Positions 46,545 to 58,720 of a DNA stretch of 64,000 bases are shown one piece after another. The notes under the pieces were generated by a model. That model searched no databases, was not told the origin of the DNA, and saw only the letters and a list, made by a program, of their open reading frames with translations. The stretch is from the human T2T-CHM13v2.0 reference genome, Homo sapiens. The stretch's first letter is position 1, and each line of letters opens with the position of its first letter. The stretch lies in the NCBI RefSeq assembly GCF_009914755.1, contig NC_060926.1, one strand, 5' to 3'. A program made the translations under genes and the position numbers.

Positions 46545-46914
46545 ATTAGGAACTAAATATTTATGTCTCCCCAAAATTTGTATGTTGAAACCCTAATCCT
46601 TAATGTGATGGTATTTTGAGGTTGGGCTTTTGGGAGGTAATTAGACTGTGAGGATGAAGCCATCATGATAGGATTAGTGCCCTTATAAGAAGAGACATAA
46701 GAGCTTACTGCTTCTTTCTCTCTGCTCTCTACCATGTGAGGACATAGCAAGAAGACGGCCATCTGCAAACCAGGAGGAGAGCTCTCACCAGGTACCAGAT
46801 TTGTCAGTATGTTGATCTTGGACTTCCAGCCTCCAGAAGTGTAAGAAATAAATGTTTGTTGTTGAAGCCACCAGTCTATGGCAATTTGTTATAGCAGCCC
46901 AAATGGACTAAGAC
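46545..46914 (+). mobile_element. MLT1A-type solo LTR
   Basis: tatgttgaaaccctaatcc...ggattagtgcccttataagaagag...ttgttatagcagcccaaatggactaagaca. Confidence 0.88.
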
Positions 46915-47676
46915 AAATGGAAAAGTAAAGCACTCTACCAGCTTCCCAGGTGGGTTTTCATCCGTTTTCACATAATTCATTCCATAAATTAGAGTGGGAG
47001 TTTTGCAGACATGGCATCAAAGCACCTGCTTTCTGTAGAAGGTAGTTCAAGGCCAGTGCAACAAAACAAGGTGCTCAAAAGTGATGCAAGGATGAGAGAT
47101 GCAGGAGCACCAGGGACAGGGTGGGAAGTAGAGATTCCCAGAAGGTGGGGACAGATTGAGGCTCCAGTGTGGTTTGGGGCCATAGTGCCAGATGCATACT
47201 TATTTGGAAATAAAAAAGAATTTTTAGGCCCTGTCAAAATGTTTTCTCAACATAGCCTGGCATTAAAATGGTCTTGTTAAGCAAAGACCAACTAACTTTG
47301 GAGGAGAGATCTGCTCTGCCATTCACACCAGCTCAACGCTGGGGTCAGGGGACCAAGGCTTTCATCTGGGCTTTCTCTCAAACTTGCCATAAGATCTCTT
47401 TTCACTGCATTTCTCTGATTGGCTTTCTCCTCTGTAAATTGAATACCAACTTGCAGAGTGACCGAAAGGGCACATACCCTAATGCTTTGAGCTCCTTGCT
47501 TTGTTGTACTGGCCTTGAACTACCTCCTATAGAAACCAGGTGCTTTGATGCCATATCTGCAAAACTCCCACTCTAATTTATGGAATGAATTATGTGAAAA
47601 CAAATGAAAACTCACCTGGGAAACTGGTAGAGTGCTTTACTTTTCCATTTGTCTTAGTCTATTTGGGCTGCTATAA
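46889..47676. repeat. Non-Alu inverted repeat: 191-bp arms (46889-47079 and 47486-47676) with 406-bp spacer
   Basis: Manual alignment: no gaps, 12 mismatches in 191 bp (about 94%). Confidence 0.95.
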
Positions 47677-47747
47677 GCAGTTTGAAAATGTGCAAAGCCT
47701 CCTCCATGTGCAAAGCTCTCAGAATGATGGTTTAACAAAGGCATCAT

Positions 47748-48112
47748 GGCCAGGTGAGGTTGCTCATGCCTGTAATCCCAGCGCTTTGGGAGGTAAAGAT
47801 GGGAGGATTGCTTGAGGCCATGACTTTGTGACCAACTTAGGCAACATAGCAAAACCCCATTTTTACAAAATAATGAATGAGTGAATGAATAAATAAATAA
47901 AATAATAATAAAATAAAAACTAAAAAATTAGCTGGGTGTGGTGGTGTGCCCCTGTAGTCCTGGAAACTCAGGAGGCTGAGTTGGGGGGATTGTCTGAGCC
48001 CAAGAGCTCAAGGCTACAGTGAGCTATGATGGCACTGCTGCACTCCAGCCTGGGAGACAGAGTGAGATCCTGTCTTAAAAAACAAACAAACAAACAACAA
48101 CTACAACAAAAA
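47748..48112 (+). mobile_element. Alu (AluJ-like) with expanded A-rich linker
   Basis: Sense Alu with (AAT/GAAT)n middle region. Confidence 0.9.
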
Positions 48113-48749
48113 GGCGCCTTGGGAGAGGAAGCTCATTCCCAGCAGACCTGTGACACAGCCTGTCTCCCCAGCGAACCCAGACCATTTCCCACTCTGTGGG
48201 CAGATTGACCAAGCAACAGCACTTTTCTGTCTTCATCTGGAGTCCCTGGCAGAGGCCACCTCACTGAGGTTCAAGGCAATCCAGACTCTTGGGTAGAGCA
48301 CACTCTGATGGTGGCACTACATCAGCTTGCACGAGCATGTGGCACAGGGGCCAGGCAGGAGCTGGTGTCTGCAAGGAGCCGGGAAGGGAGGGGCCTCTAG
48401 GCTTGCCACGGCTGCAGTCTCCAGGAATGAAAACCTGTCCTGCCAGTTGCATATGTAGCAATTTTGAATGCAAATAGCCACTTCCCAGATTTTTTTTTCT
48501 TTCTTCCCAGCAAAACACCCACATCATTTCCTTCCTTTGTTGGGCCCTTCCTGAGACCACTGGCTGGGGGCACATAGTAGGCACTCAATAAATATTTGCC
48601 GAGTGCGTGAATGGGTGGTAATCCAGCACTAATCCCCCTCTCTTCAGCTCCCCACCCCCAGGAAGAAATAAAAGATGTCCATTTGTGGCTTGGCCACATT
48701 CAGGCAAACTTCCATATTGCTGCCAAGTCCTGCCATCTGCCACCTCCGA

Positions 48750-49870
48750 GGTGCAGGTGCTGGGCACCCACAAAGCCCGGCCGTGGGCACAAAGGCCCGA
48801 TGTGCACTGATAATTGCCGAGTGCACAGCCCGCCAGGCCGGCCAGGCTGATGCAAGTTTGCTGGGTCTGCTGAGATTTGCATACAGATGGCCAGTCGGGG
48901 CGCAGGGCCGCCGCCACCGCGACAACGCCGCCCGCGCCCCGGGTAGACCGGCCGCAGCCCCTTTAGAAGTGCGGGAGGCTTTGACTGCAGCCGAGCCCCA
49001 GAGAGGCCTCATTCTGCCTGTCCTGAATAGTCCGTCATTCAAAGCAACGCTTTGAAATTTGAAAAAGAGAGAGAGGAAAAGAGAGAGAGGAGAGACTGAA
49101 AAGCAGAGAGAGAGAAACAGAGACACACAGAGAGACAGGCAGAGACAGAAAGAGAGACAGAGACAGGGAGACAGAGACTGAGACTGAGACAGAAAGATTC
49201 AGACAGAGACTGAGAGAGACTGTGAGACAGAGACAAACAGTGAGAGAGCTAGAGAAAGAGAAGGAGAGCTTGGAGGAAGGGGAAAAAAAAGCAAATTCTT
49301 TTCTTTGTGAGACTGGGGAGTGTTGGGCAAGGAGCCAGGGGGCTTCAAGAATGTGAGCGAGGCACCAGGAAGGAGGGGATCTCTGTGGAGACGCAGCTTC
49401 GGACGTGTGGCATGCACTCTCCTCCTGGTCATCCGGAGCAAGGGTCTTCAGAGCCCGAGATGCGCGACGCGCAGGAAGCACCAGAGAGGGTGGCGGGAAG
49501 AAAAGGCACCTCCATCACTTTGAAATGTCAGAGGCAAGTTGCGGCTGCGTTGAAACTAACAAAAAGAAAACACCTGCACACGCAGAAATTTTTAAAAACC
49601 CCTGTAAGCAAAACCACAGGCTCCGAAGGTAAAGCCGGAGGAGCTGTCCCTGAGTCGCGCCCGGGAGCCCCTCCGCTGTCAGTGGGTGCCGAAGGCATTT
49701 GTTCTTTGTGTGTCTTCATCTCATTTGGTTTGGAAACGGCTCGCAGGGGGAGTGTCCAGGCCTCAGGGACACGCCCGGGCGCTCTGGGCATCGGACACAT
49801 GGCAGGTGTTCCGGCCTCGCCTGATTCAGCCCGGCTCTCTGTTTAACAACCATCCCGAGGCCTTCGCTTC
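48750..49870. promoter_or_regulatory. CpG-rich promoter-like region with candidate + strand first exon ending at 49628
   Basis: Dense non-Alu CpGs at 48770-48990 and 49390-49830; octamer/E-box at 48875-48889; inverted TCF/LEF pair at 49038-49056; GA-rich leader; AAG|GTAAAG donor at 49628/49629. CpG obs/exp not computed. Confidence 0.65.
49061..49268. repeat. GA/GAGACA-rich simple repeat
   Basis: Directly visible. Confidence 0.9.
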
Positions 49871-50249
49871 ATGTTTACTAATACCCCTCGCCCTCAGTCC
49901 TCCCACCAGCTCCCCCACCCCACCGACATCAGTGAATGACCAACACAGCTAAAAACAAGAAAGGCGTTATTGAGAGAGGGTTGCCTCCCTTGTCCAAACT
50001 AAATGAAAGGGAAATAGAATAGCAACAGAGAGTAGCTATTTATCATGTTCCTAACGGAACGTTCCAACCTGCTTCCCGTCCTGTGTCACCTCTGTATGAG
50101 AAATCTGGACGCCCGCCTAGATTTTCCACTGTCACCCTCAGCAGCCAGGCAAGCCCCGGGGCGTCGGCTCTCCTGCCTTTAACTTGCTACTGTCCATCTG
50201 CACTTTCTGCAGGCTGCCCCATGGCCCGTGGGGGCGCCTCTAGCGCTCC

Positions 50250-50500
50250 TTTTCTTCACCCTTGGCTCCTCACCCCCCAACCCATCTTCTCTCACTGCAG
50301 CCAGAAAGCTGTTTCTAAAACACCATTTTAGTTATATCTCTGTCTTCCTTAGAACAGTCCAACGACGGATGACTGTCATCCTGAGAATAAAGACCAACCT
50401 CTTCAGGTTGGCATGGAAACCCTCATTGGTCCAGTTGCTCTCCTGCACCTTGCAGGCTGGCCCTGCACCTTGCACCTAATGAACAAACTGCTTCTAGATT
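50250..50500 (+). mobile_element. L2 fragment
   Basis: ctcactgcagccagaaagctgtttctaaaacac...agaataaagaccaacctc. Confidence 0.55.
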
Positions 50501-50763
50501 CCTCCCTAGTCTGGGTTGTTTCACGTCCTTGCCTCTTTCCTAAAATGGCGTCACTTCTTGGCTTGCCCTTACCTCACTTGATGAACAAGATGAGGCTCCT
50601 TCCTTCCTCCTGCCTACCTTTCCTTTTTTCTTCCATTCAGCTGGCAAGTACTTTTTTGGTACCAAGCCGATCTCAGGTGCTGAAGAGAAAGGGATGGAGA
50701 GAGGAACACTTTTGTCTTCCACACTTTCCCCTAGTATTGTAAGGCAAGCAGAGGGGGTAACAG

Positions 50764-51225
50764 TGGGGCCCCCTGCCGTGGTACCCCACACCCCTTCCCA
50801 GGCGAGACAGGGTGGTATGGGGCCCCCTGCCATGGTACCCCATCCCCCTTCCCAGGTGAGACAGAATGGTATGGGGCCCCCTGCTGTGGTACCCCATCCT
50901 CCTTCCAGGCGAGATGGGTAAGGAGCCCCCTGCCGTGATACCCCACACCCCTTCCCAGGCGAGAGAAGATGGTATGGGGCCCCACACCCCTTCCAGGCGA
51001 GACAGGATTGTATGGGCCCCCTGCTGTGGTACCCCACACCCCTTCCCAGGCGAGACAGGATGATATGGGGCCTCCTGCCGTGGTACCCCATCCCCCTTCC
51101 CAGGCGAAACAGGACAGTATGGGGCCCCCTGTTTTGTTACCCCATCCCCCTTCCAGGTGAAACAGGATGGTATGGGGCCCCCTGCCTTGGTACCCCATAC
51201 CCCTTCCAGGCGAGACAGGATGGTA
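50764..51225. repeat. GC-rich minisatellite, 9 copies of a ~54-bp unit
   Basis: Consensus TGGGGCCCCCTGCCGTGGTACCCCACACCCCTTCCCAGGCGAGACAGGATGGTA; unit starts 50764, 50818, 50872, 50921, 50975, 51013, 51066, 51120, 51173. Confidence 0.93.
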
Positions 51226-51767
51226 GTTTCCACCGTCTGGATCCAGACATTGACTGTTTTTCCATCAGAGGCAAAGCCAATGAACTCAAGACTAGTGAAC
51301 CCTGAACCGAACGATTTTCGTCAATATTTTCATCATATGTTTATCGTCTGAAACTTTGCCAAGAGCTCAGGGGAAGTTATTCCCAGAGGATCAATCACAG
51401 AGAGTCAATCGTGAAAGAGAAAAGGGAAGTTACTGATAATTTGACCCAGACATAGTTTTATGATCTCTTTTTCCTTTCACCACTTGAAAGGTCAGAACAA
51501 AACTCACTTTAGATGCTGTATTTCATTCTTTCAACAAATATTTGACTCGAATGAATGAGACTGTGAGTGAGGTATTTGTGTGATGATTTTCTGTGAATTA
51601 GCTCTGAAATGTGAATATTTTCATGCTCAGGAACATACCCCTATGTGGTGACTTTCTCAGAATAACTTTGTACACGCTCTTCTCATTCACTGCAGGTCTT
51701 GCATGGATTTTGGCCAAAAGCAATACAGTCTGGTCTAACCAGAAATGGAAAGATGTGCTATAATTTA

Positions 51768-52304
<537 letters not shown>

Positions 52305-52399
52305 TTAGTCAGTTTCATCTCATTTCAAACTAAATTTGCATCAGTGTTGGAAAGACAATGTGGTAAAAACAAAGAGAAGAGACAATGTCAGAGGAACTA

Positions 52400-52580
52400 T
52401 GGAAACCCTGTTACCAGGGATATGATTTGGGGCCAGGCACTCACGCTTGCTGAACACATTTTTCTTAGCTTTAAAGATAATAACACCTCCTTTCTAGGCT
52501 TTTTGTAAGGATTAAGTGAAATAATGTATACCCAGTGGAGTATCTGGCAAATAATATGGTGCGAAAAAGGTATTATTATT
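52400..52580 (+). mobile_element. MIR fragment
   Basis: ttgtaaggattaagtgaaataatgtata. Confidence 0.55.
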
Positions 52581-53009
52581 ATTATTTATATTTATTATTG
52601 GTAAGAACAAAGTAAAAATGAAGAAAGAAACCTATGGACGGTTGGATCTTTTACCCACAGAAAGTATGCAACAGAAACAAATAATTATTGCACCTTAGCT
52701 GCCCTGTTTCTAATTGTACGTCATTTGCAACATTTTCTTTATGGCAAGTTCACAAACATATAGTGGCACTAACTTTATTTAGAGTACGAAATGGCTGTGT
52801 TCCCACTTCCTAGTCACTTCAAGGGGCAATAGCTATTGAAATATAATATATTATAAGACATCACTCAGATAAATTCCATTTAATTCTATTCAACAGATAT
52901 TTCTGGAATGTAACAGACATTTCTGGAAGAGCAAGGCACTATGATGTGGGCAACAAAATGACTAGAATGAGTAATACATGTAAGAGCTCTAACAGATTAC
53001 TACAGCAAC

Positions 53010-53220
53010 ACAGCCTGGGATGTTCAGTGCCCTGACGCTGAACCCCGCCCCGCAACTGACTCAGGGACCTTGAGCAAGTTACTTAACTTCTTCTTCAACT
53101 GTAAAAAGAAAATAGTACATTTGATCTTGCAGGGTTGCTGTGAAGAAGAGAAGAGAGTAGAGATAGACAGGTAGGATACCTGGCGTTGGGGCACAAGCTA
53201 GTCTCAGGCAATTTTAACGT
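53010..53220 (+). mobile_element. MIR
   Basis: gaccttgagcaagttacttaactt...agggttgctgtgaaga. Confidence 0.65.
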
Positions 53221-53471
53221 ATGGACAAGTGTAGCCATGACATTGTCATCAACGGGCATAGCAACTTGTTCTCTTACTATGATGCTTTCCTTGGCTTCTT
53301 CTCTCTGCTCCAGGCCAGAGGCCACCAAAGCTATGGGCTGTCAGCCCGGGGCAACAGTAGGCATGAGAGAGGCAAGTTAGCTTTTCAGTGCCACGAAGAC
53401 TAGAGCGTCTTGGAAAACTGGGGCCTCCCTGAGCCTTGCTTTCCTCCTTTCACTAATGGGGAGATTCTGCC

Positions 53472-53545
<74 letters not shown>

Positions 53546-53566
53546 CTTTCGTTCTTTCTTTCTTTC

Positions 53567-53626
<60 letters not shown>

Positions 53627-53755
53627 TCCTTCCTTCCTTCCTTCCTTCCTTCCCTTCCCCTTCCTTCCTTCCTTCTTTCCTTCCTTCCTTCCTTCCTTCC
53701 TTCCTTCCTTCCTTCCTTCCCTCCTTCCTTCCTTCCTTCCTTCCTTCCTTCCTTC

Positions 53756-53792
<37 letters not shown>
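53472..53792. repeat. Complex (TTTC)n(TTCC)n(TC)n tetranucleotide STR, about 320 bp
   Basis: Directly visible; derived from the Alu tail. Confidence 0.96.
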
Positions 53793-54071
53793 AATGGCGT
53801 CTTGCTCTGTCTCCCAGGCTGGAGTGATTGGTGCAATCTCGACTCACTACAACCTCCACCTCCCGGGTTCAAATGATTCTCTTGCCTCAGCACCCTGAGG
53901 AGCTGGGACTACAGGCGCACAGCACCATGCCCAGCTAATTTCTACATTTTCAGCACAGACGAGGTTTCATCATGTTGGCCAGGCTGGTCTTGAACTCCTG
54001 ACCTCAAATGATCCACCCGCCTCAGCCTCCCAAAGTGCTGGGATTACAGATGTGAGCCACCATGCCCAGCC
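53785..54071 (-). mobile_element. Alu (AluS)
   Basis: Antisense Alu; TSD agattctgcc encloses the STR and the Alu. Confidence 0.92.
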
Positions 54072-54309
54072 TAGATTCTGCCTTCTTGGACTTCCTCCCA
54101 GTGTGGGGGGAAGAGAAATGAGAAGACAGGCAGGAGAGGGCTCTGTAAATAGTAAATTGCCATACCAGTGCAAAAGATTGTTGTCAGCTCCCCAAAAAGG
54201 AGGCACAGAGACAATCCTATCAATGAATGAGCTCTCTCAGTTTTGTGTGACTTCTGCAAGGAGGTTTTGTTTTGGGCTGGTGGGGAGCAATTGCCAACCC
54301 AGTCTACAA

Positions 54310-54472
54310 CCTTCCCACTCAACGTGTGGTCCACGGACCAGTGGCATCTGCGTCACCTGAGAGCGTATTAGAGATGCAGGACCGGGGTCCTCAGGTCACA
54401 CTTAACAGAGCTGAATCTGCCTTTTCACAAAACACTGAGTCGTAGGCACATTCAAGTTTGAGAAGCAGTGGT
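54310..54472. mobile_element. MER5A (hAT-Charlie)
   Basis: gtgtggtccacggaccagtggcatc...tattagagatgcag...aagtttgagaagcagtg. Confidence 0.8.
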
Positions 54473-55429
54473 CTACAGGCCTTGGTGTTAAAAGAGAAAG
54501 AAAAGGCATTGATAACAATGTGCTCAGTAGAAAATAAAGCCAATGATAGCCAAGAAGTGCTGTGGCCCCGGAGGAGCAAAGCGATGAGCTGTGGGCACCC
54601 ACCTTCGGGGCTTTGTGGTTACTTGGGACCATGGCAGAACTAATTATAAACAATAAAAGAGAAGGTGAGAAAAGAGTAAGGGGACCTCTGTACTCAAAAA
54701 AAGTTATAAAATGTTAGGCTTTCGCAAAATATAGGGGTTCATGCACTGATTGTTTTCTGGGGTACAGCTTCCCCAGAGCCTCCTTCAACCACCGATAGTT
54801 CAGCTCCGGCGGTCACATCAGATCACGTCGCATCATTCCTCAGACAAGCCTTTTAGGAGCTCTGCAAGAAAATCCAGGCAAACAGCTGTCTCAGAGGAAC
54901 AGCTGTTTCAGAGGAGCCTAAATTCTTTGGAAGATCCTACTTAGCTCAATCAAGGCTTCTAATGAGGAGATAGCATTTAGGAACTCTTTGTTATCAATTG
55001 GTTAATCATTAGGTCAACCTGCACTTATTGATGGTTGGACTAACTATCCTTAGAGGCACCGTGACATTTTTACTTTTACAAGATTACTCAGAGGTGGATC
55101 TCATTGTCTCCCCATGCATTTTCAGGCTGTCTTACATTTCAGTGCCAGGTTCCTTCTGCTTAGAAACCTTTCTCTTTCATTCTTTTCTCAATTTAATGCT
55201 TAATGAGGGACTTATTATCCCTTAAGACTTAGTTCAGTTGCCACCTCCACAGTGTGACGCCGATCTCAGGGGGATCCTCAGCCCCATCAATTTTGGGTAA
55301 GAGTACACTTGGAAGCTGAAGACCTGGAAAGGGAAATTATTCCCTTAAAACTTCCAGCGACTTCTTTCCTCATGGGAAGTCTTTGTGTAATGGGGCAAGA
55401 TGTCTGGCATTACTGGCAGAGCACCTCCT

Positions 55430-55590
55430 TTGTGGATAGCACTTTCTAGGTGTTTTGCAGCCATTGATTTATGTCATCCTTACAAGGACCTTCCCAGGTA
55501 GGTGTTATTATCTCTGTTTTACACACAAAGAAAACTGAGACTCAATAGAGCTAGGATTTATACACAGCATTCTCTAGCTCCTTCCACCCT
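55430..55590 (-). mobile_element. MIR fragment
   Basis: aggtaggtgttattatctctgttttaca...aaactgagactca. Confidence 0.6.
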
Positions 55591-56609
55591 GTGCAGGTTC
55601 ATGGAGTGGGGAGCAGGGTGAGGAGTGGAAGGTGGGGGTTGAGGGGAGGGAGGGAGGCCCTGTCTGTGATGGGGATCCCCTGCGAGGTATCACCAGGTTC
55701 CTGGACTGACAGTACCTGGAAGTCCAGCTTTGGAGGGAGTGCACATGAGGATTTCTAATATGGGTTGCTCAGGCCATTGTCCATCTTTCCTAAGTCCATG
55801 GATTTCTTTAGGGGGTGGATCAGGATCCTATAGCCCCAAACACCTGGATGGGCTAAAATGAGAGATCCCTTCCAGCTGTAATGCTCCACAGTACCATGAG
55901 ACTAGAGGAAAAACATACCCTTTTTTTCTTTCTTTACTAAACTTTCTCTCTTTTCTTGTTTCTTTTTGTTTCTTTCTTCTTTCTTTTGTTTTTTCTTTTC
56001 TTGTGTATTTAGCCATTATAACTGGTTAGAAGCCAGAGATAGTTAGGCGTCTTCTGGTTGAAACAGAAATGGCCCTGTTAGCTGTGGACTGCGTCCAAGC
56101 TCCTGAACAGCGCCACGAAAAAGATCTCCATATAAATGGTTCCTTCAGGACTCCCCTTTCAATGCTTTCTTGGTCTTGGGGGTCTGAAATGGAGCCAATT
56201 TGAGGGAGTTCCAGGCATTTCCCACAGGGCCTCCTTCCCAAAAGCTTTTCAAAGCAATCCCAGAGGTCCAAGCATCCTCTCTAACTAGGGACTCTCGCCA
56301 TTGTGAGGAATTTGGAAAACTTGCTTGTTAGGTCCCTGACACCTTTGCCCCTAACAATTTGGAAATCTACAAACCTGGCTGGCACATCCTCCAGTGCAGA
56401 GACACTACCCAGGACAATAATTGGCACATAGTAGGTTTGCAGTGAATGTTTGTTAGCTAAAACTATAAAATATATAGAAATTCTCAAATACACTGATGGC
56501 CAAAGGATTTCTTGGTGTTCACACAGTTACTAATTACACTTTTAATAAATGGAATAAACTAGTGACCTATGTATACCCTTAAATATATGAAAGAATCTCA
56601 GTAAACTCA

Positions 56610-57000
<391 letters not shown>

Positions 57001-58099
57001 TCACTTCAGCAAAGAACAGTAGGAAAAGGTACGGTCTTGGCAGATGTTGGTTTGAACCCATGTTTTCTTCCTAGTAGGACTTCAGATAACTGCTTGATCT
57101 CTTTGAACCTGTTTCCTCATCGCTATTAGCTTTTTAAAGCATTTTCTTGAATGAGATAAAAACTAAGAAAACACTTTGCAAAGTATAAGCTTATTCATAC
57201 TTCTATTTATTTAGGTTAATTTTTAGAAGCTAGCAAACTGAGCTTTAAAGGAAAAAAAACCCACATTCTAAATGAACTCATCCTGAGTTAATAGTATTTC
57301 ATTGTGTTTAAAATGTGCAGTACGTGGGAAGAGGGAGCTGAGGCCCAGAGAGGTTTAGTAACCATCCACATCTTCACAGCCCTGGCATCTGGCCTGAGGA
57401 ATTATTCTCTTGAACCCCAGACTCCATGCTTTAGTTTCCTTCTTCTCATTGGCCAGAGAGCAGTCAGCGTACCTTGTGTCTTTTTTGCCCCCAAGGTCAC
57501 CATTGTGCTGTGGAAACTTGGATAATTCTGCTTTCTCCGGGTTGCTGTTTCCTGGTATGTAAAGTAAACATGAGGGACCTGAAAATCTCGAGGGCTCTTT
57601 CCCATTCCAGTCTTTCAGCATTCTAGTTCAGGTTCACCAGAAGACAGTTGTAGAAAGAGCATGCTTAGTTTGCACATTCAAATCTCCCCTTGGATTGAAC
57701 AGACTCCTTGCTCCCCTGAGCTGGCACACATTTTTTTTTTTTTTTTTAGGCTCAATTGCATCAGGTGTTGTACTGTGTTTCAGTTTCCTTGGGGGTAGGA
57801 AATATATCTCATGAATATTTCTTTTTATCTTTTGAAGACCCTAGCACAGAGCTGGCACAAAATAAGTGTTCAGGAAATGTTTGTTAAATTGAAAACCCAT
57901 CAGGCAATTGGTCAGCACCTTGATTCTACTGCCACTAAAATGGTAATGAAGAAAACTACAGAGAACCAAGGAAAAATGACTAAGACATAGGATCAATGAA
58001 AACAGTGGACACTGAGATAGTCTCCACACTCTGATTAAATCAGAAAACGTTTGCATCTGGACAACGGTAGAACAGGGTAATAATAATAGTACCACCCCC

Positions 58100-58440
58100 C
58101 AACCAATATCTCTTGAACTTACATGTGTCTAGTGGTTTTTTAAGCTCTTCAAATATATTATTTCACTTAATTGCCACAAAATCCTCATGAGGAATGTAAT
58201 AACACTATGTGCATTTTACAGATTAGGAAACTGAGGTGCAAGAAATTTAAATAACTTGCCTCGGGCCCCACAGCTAGTGGATGGCAGAGCTGGGACATAC
58301 ACCTGAGGACCTCCTACATGGCAGGCACTTTCGGTGTTCTACAGTGATTAATTCAGTTAATTTTCACAACCACCCTCCCAGGGAGTTATTTTTATCCCCA
58401 ATTTACACCAGAAAAAACCTGAGACTCAGAGAGAATTCGA
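58100..58440 (-). mobile_element. Two adjacent MIR fragments
   Basis: cattttacagattaggaaactgagg; atccccaatttaca...ctgagactcagagag. Confidence 0.65.
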
Positions 58441-58539
58441 CAGAGCCAGGAACTGCTCCCTATCCAACAGAGATCACAGAATAGCAGCAAGAGAGGCAAG
58501 GGGACACCCAGGTATGAGCACGGTCTCTGAGGCTGTTTT

Positions 58540-58720
58540 GTTCTGCCTGGGTTCTAGCCCTGCTCTGCTGTTGGAAGCCATGTGAACTTGGGCAAGTTGC
58601 TTAATCATTCTGTGGCTCAGTTTCTTCATTTGTAAAATGAGGATAATTTCAGGTAATGACCAGTGCCTTGAAGAAAACTCAACAGAGTGATGAGAGAATG
58701 ATACAATCACGCCAGGCATG
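58540..58720 (+). mobile_element. MIR
   Basis: ttgggcaagttgcttaa...ctcagtttcttcatttgtaaaatgaggataat. Confidence 0.75.

Noticed and set aside
49525-49628. ATG-initiated frame MSEASCGCVETNKKK... running to the candidate donor
   Set aside because: Not a protein N-terminus I recognise, upstream ATGs are present, and there is no independent coding evidence.
50764-51225. CRISPR-like appearance of the minisatellites (also 44877-45395)
   Set aside because: Head-to-tail units with no unique spacers, in primate DNA with no cas genes.
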